Source: a gamma proteobacterium SCGC AAA007-O20 (lineage in GTDB: Bacteria > Pseudomonadota > Gammaproteobacteria > PS1 > Pseudothioglobaceae). Taken from it: a stretch of 64,000 bases of DNA. Location of the stretch: NCBI GenBank assembly GCA_000213395.2, contig AFHY01000001.1:22227-86226 (forward strand). The letters are read 5' to 3'. Positions 19,831 to 30,260 of the stretch are shown one piece after another. The position numbers and the translations under genes were made by a program. The stretch's first letter is position 1; each line of letters opens with the position of its first letter. The notes beneath the pieces were generated by a model. That model worked only from the letters and a program-made list of their open reading frames with translations. It did not search any database and had not been told where the DNA came from.

Positions 19831-20823
19831 TTATTTGCACTGGTTTGCAGTAATGACTACTGTATTAAATATTTCATCAACACTGCAACCTCTTGATAGA
19901 TCGTTTACTGGCTTGGCTATCCCTTGAAGGATTGGTCCAATCGCTTGTGCTCCTGAAAATCTTTGAACAAGTTTATAGCCAATATTTGCAGCATCCAAGT
20001 TTGGGAAGATAAGGACATTGGCGGGAGGCATAAATGATGCTTCAGGATATTTTATTTGTAACACCTTGTTCTCTAATGCAGCGTCCAATTGAATGTTACC
20101 GACAATATCAACATCTGGTAATTTAGTCTTGCAGATGCTAGTCGCTAGTCTTACTTTTTCAACTTGAGAGTATTGGGTGTTTTGATTTGTGGAAAAAGAA
20201 AGCATCGCAACTTTCGGCTTAATGTCTAAACCTTTTGCAGATTTGATGGCACTTTGAGCGATTTCAGCCAACTCTTCTGCAGTTGGGTCAATATTCATAG
20301 CACAGTCGGAAAAAATCATATTCTGGTCATAATTATGATGATTTTGGTTAAACATCATCAAAAAAAAGCTCGACACAAGTTTACTGTTATTTGAAACACC
20401 AATAATTCTCAATGTATTGCCAAGAACCTGTTGACTGGGAGTAATAGCACCAGTTACAACACCGTCAACCTCATCTCTTAGCAAGGCCAACATTGCAAAA
20501 ACGGTTGCATTACTTACTAAATCCAGTGACTCATTGAACTCCAGACCTTTGTGTTTCCGTCTCTCAAACAAAGTTTTGGCATAATCGTTTCTTAATTTTT
20601 CGTCCTTTGGATCGATAAATTCTAGGTCATGTTTTTTGCTCTCGCTTAACTGATCTAATCGAGAACAAATTTCATCCTCATTGCCAAGAAGGACGATTTT
20701 TGCAATTTTTTGAGTAGATAGTGATAATGCTGCTTGTATAACACGCAGATCGGTCGATTCTGGTAATAGAATTCGCGGAAAGATTTTCTGCGCTCTTTTG
20801 GTTAACTTTTCCAGTAATGCCAT
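19831..20823 (-). CDS. pta: Phosphate acetyltransferase (short form)
   Basis: PES.DLRV, SDCAMNIDP, MLSFST, FPNLDAANIGYK, GPILQG..KPVNDLSRGCS. Confidence 0.93.
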   Translation of the reverse strand: MALLEKLTKRAQKIFPRILLPESTDLRVIQAALSLSTQKIAKIVLLGNEDEICSRLDQLSESKKHDLEFIDPKDEKLRNDYAKTLFERRKHKGLEFNESLDLVSNATVFAMLALLRDEVDGVVTGAITPSQQVLGNTLRIIGVSNNSKLVSSFFLMMFNQNHHNYDQNMIFSDCAMNIDPTAEELAEIAQSAIKSAKGLDIKPKVAMLSFSTNQNTQYSQVEKVRLATSICKTKLPDVDIVGNIQLDAALENKVLQIKYPEASFMPPANVLIFPNLDAANIGYKLVQRFSGAQAIGPILQGIAKPVNDLSRGCSVDEIFNTVVITANQCK

Positions 20824-20912
20824 TATAAAGTTCCCATAAACAAGGGATTAGTTTACCCGAAAAAGGTTTTAAATCATCCTGCCTTAAGGATATGAACAGA
20901 AAACCGTATTAA

Positions 20913-23816
20913 TTACGCTTGCTTAAACTGTTCGGCTATTTTAAGCCTCTGTATTTTCCCTGAAGGACCTTTAGGTAAGGGCTCGTCAACAAATATAATC
21001 TGGCTAGGAGTTTTGTATTCACCTAAATCAGCTATACATAAATCTTTTAATTCTTTCTCGTTGGCTTTGAAATTATCTTTTAGAAAAACACAAGCTGAAA
21101 TCTCTTCTCCATAGTCTTCATCAAATATTCCAAAAGTACACACCTCTAAAACAGAGTTGTGTTTATAAATTGTGTCATCAATCTCTCTTGGAGAGATATT
21201 CTCGCCGCCTTTTATAATAAGTTCTTTCTTTCTTCCAGTAATGAAAAAGAAGCCATCTTCGTCTTCAACTCCCAGATCTCCCGTCAAAAAATAACCATCT
21301 TTAGTAAAAGATGACTTTGTAGCCTCTTCATTGTTAAAGTATTGCTTCATAACGTTGTCACCTTTAATAACCAACTCACCAGATTCACCTGGTTCAAGAA
21401 ACTTTCCCTGATCATTAACAACTCTGACTTCATTTCCATAGGCTATACCTGCAGAGCCATGCTTGCACCTGTCTAGCGGATTTGAAAGGATTTGTGCAGC
21501 AGTTTCAGTAAGCCCCATCGTTTCTACAACATTTACCTTAAATACTTGCTCAAATTTTTTATGCACTTCTGGTGAAAGAGGCGCCGAAGCTGAGCGACCA
21601 AAACGAATACTGTTCAGGTTGAGCTTGCTGACATCGAAATTATCATTCAAAAGATAATTGATGATTGTTGGCACAACACTGAACCAAGTGCATTGATATT
21701 TTTCAAGTATTTGCCAAAAATTAGAAACACTAAATTTACTAACAATTACTACACAACTATTACTCACCAAAGCACTGGAGACAGAAACCATTTCGGCATT
21801 AATATGATAAAGTGGTAACACGCAAAAAGATATATCATTGGGTGCAATTTCGTGGGCTAAAACAGTGTTCCTACCACCTGCAATAACATTTTGATGGGAA
21901 AGTAAAACTCCCTTCGGTAAGCCTGTTGTGCCAGAAGTATAAATCAAAACAGCCGGTGTATTAGAACTGAGATTACCTTTCAGTGAATTCAAATTGTCCT
22001 CACTAGAACAATTCAAATCTTCAACTTTTTCATATACAAAAACACTAGCCTCTAGACCTTCTAGAATACTTTCAAACTTATCAAAATAAACTTTCGATAT
22101 AAATAGTAATTTGCATTCAGAGTGATTAATTGTGTACTCTATTTGATTGTTGCCAGCAAGAATATTTATTGGAACAATAGTTGCACCGTGATACATTGCT
22201 CCTAAAAATAACAAAACTGATTCGTAACTATTATCAAGCAAAAAACCAACTTTATCTTTAAATTGAATGCCGTTTTGATTAAAGAAACGACCTAAAAGAA
22301 TAACATCCTTTTTAAGCTGACTATAAGATATATGCAAATCTAAGTCTGCATCGATAAGGAATGTTTTGTCTGGAGTATTTTCAGCATACTTATCAACAAG
22401 TACCTTGATTGTTGAGTCTGTTGAGGGAAATTTCTTCCAATAACTCGAAAAGATTTCATCCTCTGATGGTTCATTAGTTTTGATTGTTTTGACAATTTTT
22501 GTAATATTCAAGTAGTGTTTGTAATTGAGATTCTCATCAATGATATTGCTACCCCAAGTTCCGCAACCCATAGAGAGCGAAAAAGGCAAACCGTTGTCAA
22601 AATTTCCGCCAGTAGCGAAGCAATGAGCCTGATTAACAATTACTCTACAAACAGGTAACTCATTGCCGAGTCTCATAATATTGTTTTCGTTTTTGCTATG
22701 AATACTGCAAGAGTGCCCTTGCCCCTGATGTTGTAAGATTTTATTTACCAAATCAACAGCATGATCAAAGTTTTTAGCCCTATAAACGGTCAACACAGGT
22801 GAGAGTTTTTCTCTTGAGAATGGATATTTTTCTCCTACACCATCTTCTTCCACCATTAAGAACTCGGTTTTAGAATATTTATTAGTATCGAGACCCGCAA
22901 GGGTCGCAATTTTAGAAGCCCGTTTTGCTATGATATCGCGGTTAATAATAAGATTTTCATTCCACATCTTTTTGCCGAGGATTTTCTTTTCTTTGGTACT
23001 TAATAATGCTCCACCCTCTTTCTCTAATGCATTAATTAATTTATGGTAAATGCTATCAACAACGATGATGCTATTTTCAGAAGAACAGCTTGTTGCATAG
23101 TCAAATGTTTTCGAGGTTTTTATTTTATGAGCAGCATCCTTTAAATCAGCACTAGAATCAACAATTGCAGGTACATTTCCAACACCAACACCCAGGGTCG
23201 GAGTTCCACTTTGAATGGCTCTTTTAATGTTGTTCTGAGAGCCTGTAGCAACAACCAAATCTACTAGGTTAGTCAATTCATTGGTATCATCTTTACTTAT
23301 AGGCTCAGATAAAGACTGCACAATTTCTATTGGGGCTCCAATACGCTCAAGAGCCTTCTGTATCAAATCTACAACCTTTGTACACACTAAAGCGCCTTTT
23401 GGTGAAGGGGCTAATATAATCGCGTTCCTGCACTTTAAGGCATTAATGACTTTGTTTAGTGGTGTGGCAATCGGATTAGTTGAAGGAACAATTGCGCCAA
23501 CCACACCAACCGGTCTTGCAATTTCAATAAGTCCTTTTTCATCATCTTGATGAATTATCCCTACTGTTTTAGTATTCTTTAAATCTCTTAATAAACCAAT
23601 AGTTTTACGTTTATTTTTTCTCTTTTTATCCTCAACATTACCTAGTCCGGTTGTTTTGACAGCTAGCTCAGATAAGGATTGATTGTTTTCGGGCTTAATT
23701 ACTTCCCATGCAACAGCAAGTATTAATTCGTCGACTTGCTCCTGTGAGTACCCATTAACTATTGTTTGGGCATCCCTCGCTTTTGTTATTAATTGTCTGA
23801 TATGGGAGTTGCTCAT
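20913..23816 (-). CDS. Fusion: CoA-acylating (sulfoacet)aldehyde dehydrogenase (SauS-like) plus acyl-CoA ligase (SauT-like)
   Basis: N-half: PSTNP, ATGSQNN, SKTFDYATSCSSENS, EKLSPVL, SLSMGCGTWG. C-half: YTSGTTGLPKG, MGLTE, TGDLG, IIKGGENISP, PSGKIQR. Likely start MSNSH at 23816 (track TTG at 23834). Confidence 0.85.
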   Translation of the reverse strand: MSNSHIRQLITKARDAQTIVNGYSQEQVDELILAVAWEVIKPENNQSLSELAVKTTGLGNVEDKKRKNKRKTIGLLRDLKNTKTVGIIHQDDEKGLIEIARPVGVVGAIVPSTNPIATPLNKVINALKCRNAIILAPSPKGALVCTKVVDLIQKALERIGAPIEIVQSLSEPISKDDTNELTNLVDLVVATGSQNNIKRAIQSGTPTLGVGVGNVPAIVDSSADLKDAAHKIKTSKTFDYATSCSSENSIIVVDSIYHKLINALEKEGGALLSTKEKKILGKKMWNENLIINRDIIAKRASKIATLAGLDTNKYSKTEFLMVEEDGVGEKYPFSREKLSPVLTVYRAKNFDHAVDLVNKILQHQGQGHSCSIHSKNENNIMRLGNELPVCRVIVNQAHCFATGGNFDNGLPFSLSMGCGTWGSNIIDENLNYKHYLNITKIVKTIKTNEPSEDEIFSSYWKKFPSTDSTIKVLVDKYAENTPDKTFLIDADLDLHISYSQLKKDVILLGRFFNQNGIQFKDKVGFLLDNSYESVLLFLGAMYHGATIVPINILAGNNQIEYTINHSECKLLFISKVYFDKFESILEGLEASVFVYEKVEDLNCSSEDNLNSLKGNLSSNTPAVLIYTSGTTGLPKGVLLSHQNVIAGGRNTVLAHEIAPNDISFCVLPLYHINAEMVSVSSALVSNSCVVIVSKFSVSNFWQILEKYQCTWFSVVPTIINYLLNDNFDVSKLNLNSIRFGRSASAPLSPEVHKKFEQVFKVNVVETMGLTETAAQILSNPLDRCKHGSAGIAYGNEVRVVNDQGKFLEPGESGELVIKGDNVMKQYFNNEEATKSSFTKDGYFLTGDLGVEDEDGFFFITGRKKELIIKGGENISPREIDDTIYKHNSVLEVCTFGIFDEDYGEEISACVFLKDNFKANEKELKDLCIADLGEYKTPSQIIFVDEPLPKGPSGKIQRLKIAEQFKQA

Positions 23817-23842
23817 TTGTTTGTTTTTAATCAAAAGTAATC

Positions 23843-23873
23843 TACTGAAGCGCTTTAATAAAGCGCTTCAGTA
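23843..23873. terminator. Perfect 15-bp inverted repeat between tctC and the sauST fusion (stabilising or attenuating hairpin)
   Basis: TACTGAAGCGCTTTA-A-TAAAGCGCTTCAGTA. Confidence 0.65.
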
Positions 23874-23899
23874 AGAAAAGATCCCAATAAAAGTTTATC

Positions 23900-24859
23900 T
23901 TATTGTAGACCTGATAGTAGATCAGTCAAGTAAGCCTGTCTTTCGTTCCACATTACAATGACTTCATCTCTTGTCATCACCCTTGCTGGTGAGTTAGTAG
24001 ACTTCATCTTGCCTTGAGTCTTTTTGTCGTTGAACATATCAGGCGTCTTACTTGCCAAGAAATCAATAACGTCTTGAGGAGTTCCAGCTGGAACCATCAA
24101 GCCACGGAAATTGACACTTGAATCATCGACATCGACACCGCTTTCCATCAGAGTAGGAACATCTGGAAGATATGCATGTCTTGTAAGGTCTGCAACGGCT
24201 AAGATTTTAAGATCAGCAGCACTTCTGGCTGAGTCCGACAAGTTATTAAAACCTGCACTGACTTCACCAGCTTTAACCAATCTCAATGCATCAACACCAC
24301 CCTTTGCAGGGATATAAGTCAAGTCTCTGCCTGAAGCTTTAGCAAACTGCAAGAATGCAATATGGTGACCCACAAATTTACCTGCGCCACTAATAGTTAC
24401 TGCGCCTGGATTAGCATCAGCATGCGCAAGCAAGTCAGCTACAGTGTTAAAAGGACTGTCTTTACCAACAATCAACACTGCTGGATCAGCACCCCAATTA
24501 CCTAACGGCTCAAGAGTATTGATATTGTAAGCAGTATCAAACACAATTGACTGTGCTATAAAGTGAGGCACATTGTAAGCTGCTAACATAGAGCCGTCTT
24601 TGGGGGCTTCGCTAGCAAACCAGTTCCAACCAGTTCTTCCACCTGCACCAGGTTTATTCAGTATATAAATTGGTTGCCCAATTAAAGCCTCTTTACCAGA
24701 AGCTAATGTTGCAATTCTTGCCTGAAAATCTGTCGCACCACCAGGTCCATAAGCCACCATAACCCCGATTGGTTTATCTGGGTAATCGGCTTGAGCATGC
24801 ATAAACATCAGTGATGTTGCTGCAAGCAAGGCAATTTTAGTTATTTTCATAAGTTTCAT
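23900..24859 (-). CDS. tctC: Tripartite tricarboxylate transporter substrate-binding protein (Bug/TctC)
   Basis: Signal peptide; YPDKPI...GPGGATD..AR, NKPGAGG, LPDVPT. Confidence 0.9.
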   Translation of the reverse strand: MKLMKITKIALLAATSLMFMHAQADYPDKPIGVMVAYGPGGATDFQARIATLASGKEALIGQPIYILNKPGAGGRTGWNWFASEAPKDGSMLAAYNVPHFIAQSIVFDTAYNINTLEPLGNWGADPAVLIVGKDSPFNTVADLLAHADANPGAVTISGAGKFVGHHIAFLQFAKASGRDLTYIPAKGGVDALRLVKAGEVSAGFNNLSDSARSAADLKILAVADLTRHAYLPDVPTLMESGVDVDDSSVNFRGLMVPAGTPQDVIDFLASKTPDMFNDKKTQGKMKSTNSPARVMTRDEVIVMWNERQAYLTDLLSGLQ

Positions 24860-24887
24860 TTGTTTCTTCTCCTTTTGGTTTAGTTTA

Positions 24888-25343
24888 TTAAAAAAACAAC
24901 CCTCCCGGCAAACGTACTTGTAACATTAATGTGAATAAGCAATACAGTATTAAAGTAAATACTGCTGAGATACTCAACTTTATAAGTAACACTCGCCAAA
25001 AGTCCTTGGTTTCTTCGGGTTTTTTATAGATCATTATTACCGCAAAGAACATAATCATTGAAGCCACATAAAAGCCGATAGTATTCATACTTATAAGATA
25101 AGCAAGAATAAGGCCTAGTCCTGGCAGCAAATCCATAAAATTAGTTGATTTTCCTTTATCGTCTCGCTCGAACCATAAAAGTAATGCTAGTACTGCGATA
25201 CCACCAGCTATAAATCTTGGGAATAGGTAGTCCTCATTTTCACCCCAGGGACTGGGATTAAAAACCTCTTGAAAAGAGGTAAATAGCAATACTGCCGCTA
25301 GTGCAGTTACAATTAATGTCGAAATTTTTAAATACTGGTTCAT
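24888..25343 (-). CDS. tctB: TTT small membrane subunit
   Basis: 4-5 TM segments, FPR motif, C-terminal LQVRLPGG; lies between tctA and tctC. Confidence 0.85.
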   Translation of the reverse strand: MNQYLKISTLIVTALAAVLLFTSFQEVFNPSPWGENEDYLFPRFIAGGIAVLALLLWFERDDKGKSTNFMDLLPGLGLILAYLISMNTIGFYVASMIMFFAVIMIYKKPEETKDFWRVLLIKLSISAVFTLILYCLFTLMLQVRLPGGLFF

Positions 25344-25351
25344 ATCTATTA

Positions 25352-26998
25352 CTATTTTTTAACGAAGTCTTTCAATTCTTTTAATAAACTTTTTTTACTT
25401 TTCCGTTTGTCCAATTCAATACCAATTGTTCTTCCATGCTCTTCTAAGTCATCTTTTGAAGAACGATTTGTTAAATTGTCAAATGATTTAGCTTCATCTT
25501 TTTTCTTCTTTGATTTGCGATTTGAATAAAGCCCATAAGTAATAGAGGCTATGCAAATTACAATGAGGGTTACATTGATTGTACCCGTTGTAAAATAAAT
25601 CATCCAATCATCACCGTATCGAGCGCCTCCAATTAACTTACCGAGAAGGAAATTGTTTTCAGCTATAGGGCCTAATATGATTCCCAAGACAACCGGTACA
25701 GCACTAAAACCTGCCTTACTAGCGAAAAACATAATAGTTCCCAAGACCACCATAATGATGACGTCAGAGTATGAGTTGCCAATACTGTAAGTACCAAAAA
25801 CCGCCAAAACTAAAATACTTACCGCCATATAGTTATCTGGTACTTTCATAATCCAACCGCTATGTCGACTCAAAAATAGACCAATAATCAACATGAAAAT
25901 TTGTGCAAGAATTAAAGAGTCGATAAACGTCCAAACAACTGGTGCAGTATTCTCTGATACAAAAATCTCATGACCTGGAAAAATTCCATGAATCAATAAG
26001 CCTCCCAACAATACTGCAGCTGTCGGACTACCTGGAATACTTAAAGTTAATAACGGAATTAGAGAAGGTCCCACCATTGAATTATTTGCACTCTCTGCGG
26101 CAATAATTCCTTCAGGTTCACCCTTTCCATAATTTGACTGGTTTTTGCTTACTTTTTTGGTTTGATCGTAAGCCACCAATCCAGCTATTTGACCCCCTGC
26201 TCCAGGAATGATTCCAACAAGAGATCCTATAAATGATCCTATTGAAAGAGCTTTAACTTTGCTGAATACAAATCTAAACGATTGCATCAAACTGGAATGA
26301 CCCTCTGTTGAAAGAACTGCGCTTTTTTCACTATAGTACTTCTCCATTAAGTTCAATACTTGAGGCATTGCAAACAAACCTATTAAGCCAACAACTATGT
26401 TAACTCCACCCTCTAAATGGTCAGTAAATACAAATCTCTCCACACCCAAAACAGGGTTATCTCCAATTGTGGCTAGCATTAAACCTAATAAACCTGATAG
26501 TAGTCCTTTGACAACTGATTTGGAATCTATAGTCGCAATGATAGTGATACCCAAAATAGCAATCCAAAACAACTCTGTAGTACCAAATTCCAACGACAAG
26601 CGTGCTAGTGGAGGGGTAAAAAATATAAGAATAAAGACACCAAAAATACCACCTACAAAGGAACTTATAAAGCAATAATGTAGGGCCTCCCTAGACAATC
26701 CTTTTTTAGCCATTTGATGACCATCCATCGCTGTAGCAATATTGGCCGGCGCACCAGGGACATTAACTAATATTGCACTTATAGCACCACCAGCAACAGT
26801 CGCTGTATACATCGCACCCAGTAAAATAAGTCCACTTTCAGGCTTCATATGAAACGTAAAAGGAATAAGTAGTGCTACAGACATTGTTGGGCTTAGTCCA
26901 GGAAGCGCTCCAAGAATAATACCTGCAAAGGTTCCGCCTACAAGTAGCGCTATGTGATAAACGGTGAAAACATTAGAAAAATAGTCTAAAAATTCCAT
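25352..26998 (-). CDS. tctA: TTT large permease subunit with basic C-terminal extension
   Basis: GALPGL, AILVNVPG, AAESANN, PLLTLSIPGS, LGPIAE. Confidence 0.92.
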   Translation of the reverse strand: MEFLDYFSNVFTVYHIALLVGGTFAGIILGALPGLSPTMSVALLIPFTFHMKPESGLILLGAMYTATVAGGAISAILVNVPGAPANIATAMDGHQMAKKGLSREALHYCFISSFVGGIFGVFILIFFTPPLARLSLEFGTTELFWIAILGITIIATIDSKSVVKGLLSGLLGLMLATIGDNPVLGVERFVFTDHLEGGVNIVVGLIGLFAMPQVLNLMEKYYSEKSAVLSTEGHSSLMQSFRFVFSKVKALSIGSFIGSLVGIIPGAGGQIAGLVAYDQTKKVSKNQSNYGKGEPEGIIAAESANNSMVGPSLIPLLTLSIPGSPTAAVLLGGLLIHGIFPGHEIFVSENTAPVVWTFIDSLILAQIFMLIIGLFLSRHSGWIMKVPDNYMAVSILVLAVFGTYSIGNSYSDVIIMVVLGTIMFFASKAGFSAVPVVLGIILGPIAENNFLLGKLIGGARYGDDWMIYFTTGTINVTLIVICIASITYGLYSNRKSKKKKDEAKSFDNLTNRSSKDDLEEHGRTIGIELDKRKSKKSLLKELKDFVKK

Positions 26999-27056
26999 TC
27001 TTTAATCATTCAGCTTGACAAAAAAATTACAGAGAACTAAATTATGAGTATTAAAA

Positions 27057-27070
27057 CTCATATATATGAG
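27057..27070. promoter_or_regulatory. Palindromic operator copy 1 (CTCATATATATGAG) over the predicted tctA +1
   Basis: Perfect palindrome; second copy at 27200-27213. Confidence 0.7.
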
Positions 27071-27076
27071 CTATTG

Positions 27077-27105
27077 ATAGTACACTCGAGTTAGGAAGTT
27101 GTCAA
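27077..27105 (-). promoter_or_regulatory. Sigma70 promoter for tctABC-sauST-pta
   Basis: TTGACA-N17-TACTAT on the minus strand. Confidence 0.7.
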
Positions 27106-27196
27106 ATGATATTATAAAAACAGATAGATACTTTGATAATAAGTTTAAAAGACCTAAACAGATAAAAATAGCATGAATTTAGCATTGAAACTAGCA

Positions 27197-27216
27197 ATAC
27201 TCATATATATGAGTAT
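27197..27216. promoter_or_regulatory. Palindromic operator copy 2 (ATACTCATATATATGAGTAT) upstream of the GntR gene
   Basis: Perfect 20-bp palindrome. Confidence 0.7.
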
Positions 27217-27272
27217 ACTGTAAGATTCTTGGAGTGTAATTTATGTCAAGTTACTCACTTCAATTCTTATAA

Positions 27273-27998
27273 GTGCAAATGAACAGAAAACTTTACCAAA
27301 CAGTCATAGATTATATAAACGAAGAAATAACTAGTGGTAATCTCACTATTGGTGATTTAATTCCTTCTGAAAAACAGCTATCCAAGTTATTAGGTGTTAG
27401 TGTTGGAACTGTCAGAAAAGCAATCGACAAATTAGAAAATAGCAATCTTTTGTATCGTCACCACGGTAAAGGGACTTATGTCTCTGATTATGGGTTTGAT
27501 AATAGTATGTTTAACTTCTTTAGTTATGGCAGTGAAACAGGTTCATCAATTAGAATCTATAAAACCACCCCAATACGAAAAAAAACAACAGCCACTTCGG
27601 AGGTAGCCTTTCAATTGGAAATAGAACGTGGTACGGACATTATTTATCTCGAAAGAAGAGGTTATATAGATAAAAAAAATCCTATTATCATTGAAAAGTC
27701 TTGGTGGATTGCAGAGGTTGTTGAAGGTCTCCAAAAACCTAATATTCATATACCTGATCTACTCTACGCTCTTATCTCAAAAAAATTTAAAACTCAAATC
27801 ACTGCTTCAAAAGAAGTATTAACTGCAGGTATTGCTGATAGCAAAACAGCGAAAATTCTACACATAAATAAAGGTGATCCTGTAGTCATATTAAATCGAC
27901 ACTCTTATGCAAAACATAAGGGTTTGGTTGAGTTTCGTATAACCACTGGCAGAGCCGACATGTTCAGTTATAGAACTACAATTGGTCATCCAGATTAG
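27273..27998 (+). CDS. GntR family regulator (HutC/UTRA subfamily)
   Basis: IPSEKQL..LLGVSVGTVRKAID.L...HGKGTYV; C-terminal UTRA-like domain. Confidence 0.9.
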   Translation: MQMNRKLYQTVIDYINEEITSGNLTIGDLIPSEKQLSKLLGVSVGTVRKAIDKLENSNLLYRHHGKGTYVSDYGFDNSMFNFFSYGSETGSSIRIYKTTPIRKKTTATSEVAFQLEIERGTDIIYLERRGYIDKKNPIIIEKSWWIAEVVEGLQKPNIHIPDLLYALISKKFKTQITASKEVLTAGIADSKTAKILHINKGDPVVILNRHSYAKHKGLVEFRITTGRADMFSYRTTIGHPD

Positions 27999-28003
27999 TT
28001 AAT

Positions 28004-28693
28004 TTATGGCATAACAATATTGGCCAACTGAGATTTAAGAAGTTTCAATAAAAATATCTTTTGTTTGTCGTTGAAGCGACTGATTGGTCCAGAAACTACT
28101 ATTGCGCCAACAAATTTAGAGCTGCTTGATATGACTGGAATAGCAAGCGCAAACAAAGAGGAATTATGCTCATGAATTGCAAGGTAATACCCGGCATCCC
28201 TAATTTCTTTATAAAATCCAGTTTTGTCATTTTTTCTTTTACCATAAGCAAGAATGATCCTTCCAGATGCTCCACGATTCAATTCTAAACGACTACCTTG
28301 TTCAATATTGTGACGAATTTCATCACGAGAATGGGCTCTATATAGACAGATTCGCATGCTGTCCTCTTCTACAAAAAATGAAGCCGTTTCACCCGATATA
28401 TCCCTTATTGCATCAACAATAGGACGAATTTGTTCTAAGTGATTACTTTGAGTATAAATGGCACTTAAATATAGTGCCTGAGTTCCCACTACATAATCTT
28501 TACTTTTCAATCTAGAAACGTATCCATACTCCTCAAGTGTTGACAAGATACGGTAGGTAGTAGATACATTAAAGTCCAATTTTTCGCAAATTTCATTGAT
28601 ACTGAATTTTGTCTTATCAAGTGAAAATATAGACAAGATTTGAAGACATTTTTCAATGGCATTGTGTTTTTTGTCTAGAGATCTTAGAATCAT
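28004..28693 (-). CDS. IclR family regulator
   Basis: STTYRILSTLEEYGYV HTH; GETASF, GASGRIILA, SGPISRF. Confidence 0.9.
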   Translation of the reverse strand: MILRSLDKKHNAIEKCLQILSIFSLDKTKFSINEICEKLDFNVSTTYRILSTLEEYGYVSRLKSKDYVVGTQALYLSAIYTQSNHLEQIRPIVDAIRDISGETASFFVEEDSMRICLYRAHSRDEIRHNIEQGSRLELNRGASGRIILAYGKRKNDKTGFYKEIRDAGYYLAIHEHNSSLFALAIPVISSSSKFVGAIVVSGPISRFNDKQKIFLLKLLKSQLANIVMP

Positions 28694-28698
28694 AATTA

Positions 28699-28713
28699 TT
28701 TCATATTATGAAA
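28699..28713. promoter_or_regulatory. IclR-type palindromic operator TTTCATA-T-TATGAAA
   Basis: Perfect 7-1-7 palindrome immediately upstream of the IclR start, in the iclR/aceA divergent region. Confidence 0.65.
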
Positions 28714-28882
28714 AATAGTTATTATATAGTGAAGTTATTTAATATTTAAAATTTATCGTTGGTATCATAAAAACAACAAACAAGTCTAATCAATGAAAAA
28801 GATAACATTGATGATAGACTGGCAACCTGTCTAATAACTGTCAGGATTAATAAAACAAATAATAAATACAAAGGGGTAAAAA

Positions 28883-30190
28883 ATGAATAGGCATGAACAA
28901 ACAGAAGAACTGAAAAAAGATTGGCAAGATAACCCTCGATGGTCTAACGTTAAGCGTACTTATGGCGCTGAAGATGTTGTGCGTTTACGTGGTTCAGTTC
29001 AATCCGAATGTACATATGCGAGACGTGGTGCAGAAAAACTTTGGAGTCTAATTAATGGTTCTTCTAAGAAAGGCTATGTGAACTGTATGGGAGCTATTAC
29101 TGCTGGTCAAGCGATGCAACAAGCAAAGGCAGGTATTGAGGCAATCTATCTTTCAGGTTGGCAAGTTGCAGCTGATGGAAATACCTCTGAGACAATGTAT
29201 CCGGACCAATCATTGTATGCATATGACTCAGTTCCAACCATGGTAAGGCGTATCAATAATACCTTTAAGAGAGCGGATGAAATTCAATGGGCAAAAGGCA
29301 TTGAGTCTGGTGACGATGGTCATGTTGATTACTTTTTGCCGATAGTTGCTGACGCTGAAGCTGGTTTTGGTGGTGTATTGAATTCTTTTGAATTAATGAA
29401 AAATATGATCTCTAATGGTGCAGCAGGCGCTCATTTTGAAGATCAATTAGCCGCTGTTAAAAAATGTGGCCATATGGGTGGTAAAGTGTTAGTACCCACT
29501 CAAGAAGCTATACAAAAACTTATTTCTGCTCGACTGGCAGCAGATGTTATGGGAGTACCAACTATTTTATTGGCTCGGACTGATGCAGAAGCTGCAAACC
29601 TACTGACATCGGATGTAGATCCATACGATGCGTCATTTATAACAGGAAAGCGCACCGCGGAAGGCTTTTATATTGTAAAAAATGGTTTAGAACAATCCAT
29701 TTCTCGTGGTGTTGCCTACGCACCATATGCAGATTTGGTTTGGTGCGAAACTGGTAAACCTGATCTTGGCTTTGCTCGCGAGTTCGCTGAAGCAGTTTTA
29801 GCTGAAAATCCTAATCAATTATTGGCATACAACTGCTCGCCATCGTTCAACTGGAAGAAAAATCTAAACGATACTGAGATTGCCTCTTTTCAAGAGATGA
29901 TCGCAGAAATGGGTTACAAGTATCAGTTTATCACTTTAGCGGGTATTCACAATATGTGGTATAACATGTTTGACTTAGCTTATGACTATGCAAAAGGTGA
30001 AGGCATGAAGCACTACGTAAACAAAGTGCAGGAGCCTGAGTTTGAAGCTGCTAAAAAGGGTTATACTTTTGCATCACATCAGCAAGAAGTTGGGGCTGGC
30101 TATTTCGATGATGTTACCACGGTAATTCAGGGCGGCCTGTCATCGGTTACCGCATTGACAGGTTCCACAGAAGAAGAACAGTTTAACTAA
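28883..30190 (+). CDS. aceA: Isocitrate lyase
   Basis: [27 protein letters not shown] active site, [10 protein letters not shown]. Confidence 0.97.
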   Translation: MNRHEQTEELKKDWQDNPRWSNVKRTYGAEDVVRLRGSVQSECTYARRGAEKLWSLINGSSKKGYVNCMGAITAGQAMQQAKAGIEAIYLSGWQVAADGNTSETMYPDQSLYAYDSVPTMVRRINNTFKRADEIQWAKGIESGDDGHVDYFLPIVADAEAGFGGVLNSFELMKNMISNGAAGAHFEDQLAAVKKCGHMGGKVLVPTQEAIQKLISARLAADVMGVPTILLARTDAEAANLLTSDVDPYDASFITGKRTAEGFYIVKNGLEQSISRGVAYAPYADLVWCETGKPDLGFAREFAEAVLAENPNQLLAYNCSPSFNWKKNLNDTEIASFQEMIAEMGYKYQFITLAGIHNMWYNMFDLAYDYAKGEGMKHYVNKVQEPEFEAAKKGYTFASHQQEVGAGYFDDVTTVIQGGLSSVTALTGSTEEEQFN

Positions 30191-30217
30191 TAAATGGCTG
30201 CCTAACAATTATGCTTT

Positions 30218-30246
30218 GCTTCATTAAATGAAGCTTATTTTTTTTG
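30218..30246 (+). terminator. Hairpin plus U-tract after aceA
   Basis: GCTTCAT-TAA-ATGAAGC followed by TTATTTTTTTT. Confidence 0.55.
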
Positions 30247-30260
30247 TTGGTTGATTCTTT

